Shown one piece after another: positions 60,304 through 64,000 of a DNA stretch of 64,000 nt. Position 1 is the first letter of the stretch. Every line of letters begins with the position of its first letter. Location of the stretch: positions 52,390,001 to 52,454,000 of the forward strand of contig NC_043009.1 of NCBI RefSeq assembly GCF_006345805.1, written 5' to 3'. A program made the position numbers and the translations under genes. The notes beneath the pieces were generated by a model, which was not told where the DNA came from, did not search any database, and worked only from the letters and a program-made list of their open reading frames with translations. Source of the DNA: Octopus sinensis (taxonomy: Eukaryota).

Positions 60304-62295
60304 CAGTAGTTTTATTTTTATAGCGTGCTTTCACTTCACTACCGAGCGCAGCTCTGTGTGCCTTGGGTATGTGCTGTGATTTGTTGTGATGCTCTGATGG
60401 TTATTGTATGGAAAGTGTTCTGCGTAGGATGTGTGCAGTGCTAGTAGTGCAATTTTCTGTATGTTATATGTGTTTGTAAGTCCTGGTGTTTTTGTCATGT
60501 ATTTGTCTGAATATTTTTTATCATGCCTAATGCACCTACTATGATTGGAATTGTTTCTGTTTTCAGGTTCCACATTCTAGTTACCTCTATTTCCAGGTCT
60601 CTGTATTTTGAGAGTTTCTCCATTTCTTTTAGAGACACGTTGTCATCTGCGGTATTGATACATCAATTAGAAAGCATTTTTTTTTCATGATCTCTGATAA
60701 CTATATCTGGTCTGTTGGCCTTAATTTCTCTATCTGTGTGTATCGGCATATCCCAGAGTATGGTTGCTTTCTCGTTTTCTGTGACCTTTTCTGGTGTGTG
60801 CCTATACCATCTTTTTTCTGTTGTTATTCCATAATGTTGGCATAGCTTCCATGTATGTAGGTTCCAACTCTGTTAGTCTGTGATATTCCTTCTTAGCCAG
60901 GACTGGGCAGCTAGAGATAATATGATTTATTGTTTCTTGTCCATCTCCACATATTCTGCAGTTACTTGTAATATTTCTTTTCATTACATGTTTTTGGTAA
61001 TTTCTGGTGGGGAGGCTTTGGTCTTGTGCTGCAATTAAAAATCCCTCTGTTTTCTGCTTTGAGTCCTGAGCTTCTCAACCATTGCTGGGATTTTTCTTTG
61101 TCTATTTCTTTTGCGTTTAGTTTAGTGCAGTATTTACCATGAAGGGGCTTTTCTTGCCATCGTTTTATCATGGCTCGTTGCTGTTCTATTTTTAGTTTGG
61201 ATTTCATTTGTTTTATAGCTTGTGTTGTTCTTCATCATCTTCTTCTTCTTCTTTGTGTTTATTAGGTGGTATGATTTCTTGTTTGTATTTGTCAGCTCCT
61301 TAAATACTGAGAACAGTTTTTTGTTTTGCTCGTGTTTTGCTGCTATCTGGATCAGTTTTCCTTCCTTCTGAAGTAGGTATTTTTGCAGTCCTATGGTGGT
61401 TATTTTATAGTAGTTTTCCAGCTGTATAAGGCCTCTACCACCTTCTATACGTTGTATATATAGTCTTTCTATGTCAGATTTTGGGTGATGCATCCTAGAT
61501 CCTGTCAGTATTTTTCTTGTTTTCCTATCTATTTTGGACAGTTCATTTCGTGTCCAGTTAAGGATATTGTAGCTGTAACTTATAACTTATAACTTATAAC
61601 TGGGACATCTAAAGTGTTGATACCTATTATCTTGTTTTTAGCATTGAGCTCTGTTTTTAGTATTGATCTAACTCGTCTATAATATTCTTTTTTTTATTTT
61701 CTCTTTCATTTGTGTGTGTTGTGGTCTTATCTAGTTCATGGATTCCTAAGTATTTGTAAGTTTGGCTTTGGTCTAATTCTTTTATTTCATTGGTTTTATC
61801 TAGTGTGATGTTGTTACTCTTAACTAGTTTTCCTCTTTTTCATGGTTACTTTGGCGCATTTTTCTAATCCAAATTTCATATCTATTTCTTTGGTAAATTC
61901 ATGAACTGTCTTTAATAGTGTTTCCAGCTGTTTGTCATTTGCAGCGTATAGTTTTAGGTCATCCATATATAAAAGGTGGCTGATCGTTTTGCCGTAACAT
62001 TTATATCCGCATCCAGTTCTATTTAGCATATCAGATAGAGGTGACAGTGCCAAGCAGAAAAGGAGTGGAGAGAGCGTGTCTCCCTGGAATATTCCTTTTC
62101 TAATGGGGATGTCTTTGGTTTTCATGAGTCCCTCTTTTGTTTGGAGGTGTAGGACTGTTTTGCCATTTATTCATAGAATGCTCTATGAATTTTATGATTG
62201 TTGGTGCTACTTTGTTAATGGCTAGTGTTTCGAGGATCCATGTGTGGGGGATGCTATCAAACGCCTTTTTAGTCAATCCAGGCCATACTGAGGCC

Positions 62296-62296
<1 letters not shown>
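60304..62296 (-). mobile_element. R4/Dong-type non-LTR retrotransposon, 5'-truncated 2-kb copy (RT, CCHC zinc knuckle, RLE), frameshifted
   Basis: AWID.KKAFDSIPH, KGIFQGDTLSPLLFCL, HLLYMDDLKLY, MKFGLEKCA, RLYIQRIEGGRGLIQ, CRICGDGQETINHIISSC; (AAT)n on both sides. Confidence 0.95.
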
Positions 62297-62299
<3 letters not shown>

Positions 62300-62326
<27 letters not shown>

Positions 62327-62367
62327 GTTATTATTATTATTATTATTTCTTGTTATTACTATTATTA

Positions 62368-62412
<45 letters not shown>

Positions 62413-62462
62413 CATCATCATCATCGTCGTCGTCGTTGTTGTTGTAGTTGTTGTTGTTGTTG
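62300..62462. repeat. (ATT)n(ATC)n(GTC)n(GTT)n compound microsatellite
   Basis: Directly visible. Confidence 0.95.
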
Positions 62463-62660
62463 TTAAGGTGGCGAGCTGGCAGAATGGTTACTGCGCGTCA
62501 TTTCGTCAGTCTTTACGTTTTTAATTCGAATTTTCACCGGGGTCGACTTTTCCTTTCATCCTTTCGGGTTCGATAAAATAAGTACCAGTTATATCCGATA
62601 CTGCACGTACTATTCCTTCCTCTGGAATTGCTGGCCTTGTACCAAAATTTGAAACCAATA
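62463..62660 (+). mobile_element. SINE family A, diverged
   Basis: TAAGGTGGCGAGCTGGCAGAATGG...GTCGACTTTTCCTTTCATCCTTTCGGGTTCGATAAAATAAGTACCAG. Confidence 0.85.
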
Positions 62661-62817
62661 TTATCATAGATATAATAACATTTCTAAATCTCTCAGAGAG
62701 ATTCATGCAGTAGCAGAACGATAAAGTGATAGTATGTTGTCAGCTTCATGTGACAGTCCCATGAAAAGGAAGAATGCTACTGCTATTTAGCCCTAGGGAA
62801 CACCGTTTCTTATTGGA

Positions 62818-62887
62818 CTATTCGTCTGATAAGGGTACACCAGGCATATGCATCACAACCATATGTGCGCAACATGGTGATCTCATA
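62818..62887. mobile_element. Family D fragment
   Basis: Matches 59698-59766. Confidence 0.75.
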
Positions 62888-63075
<188 letters not shown>

Positions 63076-63077
63076 AA

Positions 63078-63250
63078 CAAGGCAGTGATATGGTTGAATC
63101 GCTAGCACTTTGCGGTATTTCTGTGGCTTTACGTTCTGAATTCAAATTCTGCTGGGATGGACATTGCATTCCATCGTATATTTGAGTCGATAAAATAAAG
63201 TACCAGTTGAGCACTGGGGTAATCTAATCGACTACTCCCCCACCTGCCAA
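63078..63250 (+). mobile_element. SINE family A, degraded
   Basis: CTTTACGTTCTGAATTCAAATTC...GTCGATAAAATAAAGTACCAGTTGAGCACTGGGG. Confidence 0.7.
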
Positions 63251-64000
63251 TATACTTAAAATTTCATATTTGTGTCTATTGAAGAAAGGATTTACTATTC
63301 TGGATATTATGAAGGCTTCGAGCTGTTCGAGCTGCAAAATTGCTAACGAGCTTGGATGTCTATGCCTGAAAAAAAAAACAAAATATATTTTTTTTTAAAT
63401 GCCCCAATCAGATCAAAGCACCTCATAATTCTGCTCCGCCATCTTCCTCTCTTACTGCCATCCCTCTGCGTCTCCCTCTCTCCCATTCTCTGTCTCTCTA
63501 TCTTTCTCCCCCTCTCTCTCTCTCCCTCCCTTCTTCCTGCGTATTTGTTCTAGTCTCATTTTATAGACAATCGCTCGTTCAAATTATTTACTTTACGCTC
63601 TTCCTACCATGCATCAAATGTTTTTATTGATATATCGTGTTTGGCATGCTCCACCTATTTCTAATTCATACTTTCATCATTTTACACTGCATTTACCTCG
63701 AAATGGTCGTCGAGATCCTTTATGCTTTCTTTTAAATCTTCATTTATGTTTATGTATGTGTGAAGAATTGTAGACTTGTAATGTTGAAGGACAAGGGTAT
63801 ATCTCGAACTGTTTACTCACCTGCTCTTGGATTCTGTTTTTTATTCAATTCATTTTCATTTCTGTGTCATCTCCATCTGTCTATAGCAGTTCACTGCACG
63901 TACTTTTTTCCTTTTTCTTTTTCATTATAGCATCGGCAGCACGATTAGAAAGCTGCGTTTTCTGCAAACCGCATAAATTCACTAGTCATCCCGGTAGGTA

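Overview
AT-rich, repeat-saturated, apparently non-coding eukaryotic DNA (intergenic or inside a large intron). The SINE families and the (TA)n/(CA)n/(GATA)n/(AAT)n microsatellite load look like an Octopus/coleoid cephalopod genome; this is inferred from recognition, not from a search. I found no convincing host protein-coding exon, and nearly all listed ORFs are microsatellite read-throughs. Contents: (1) a ~5.07 kb purine-rich minisatellite (~59 bp unit with a perfect 17-bp palindrome) abutting a 100-N gap; (2) at least three tRNA-derived SINE families, including four young copies with 9-15 bp TSDs; (3) R4/Dong-type RLE non-LTR retroelements sitting in (AAT)n, RTE remnants, a Penelope-like GIY-YIG remnant and a possible Gypsy remnant; (4) four mariner remnants, two hAT MITEs with perfect 8-bp TSDs, and several Helitron pieces (Rep N-terminus, helicase C-terminus, three 3' hairpin+CTAG ends, one apparently complete 209-bp mini-Helitron). 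The most notable signal is a recurring set of fold-back palindromes next to TA-type microsatellites. One of them (26706-27145, ~99% arm identity) carries two back-to-back, complete type I hammerhead ribozyme folds. Related degenerate hammerhead motifs occur at 35.8/37.0 kb, 37.45 kb and 49.9 kb. All coordinates and alignments were read by eye, so boundaries of degraded elements are approximate.
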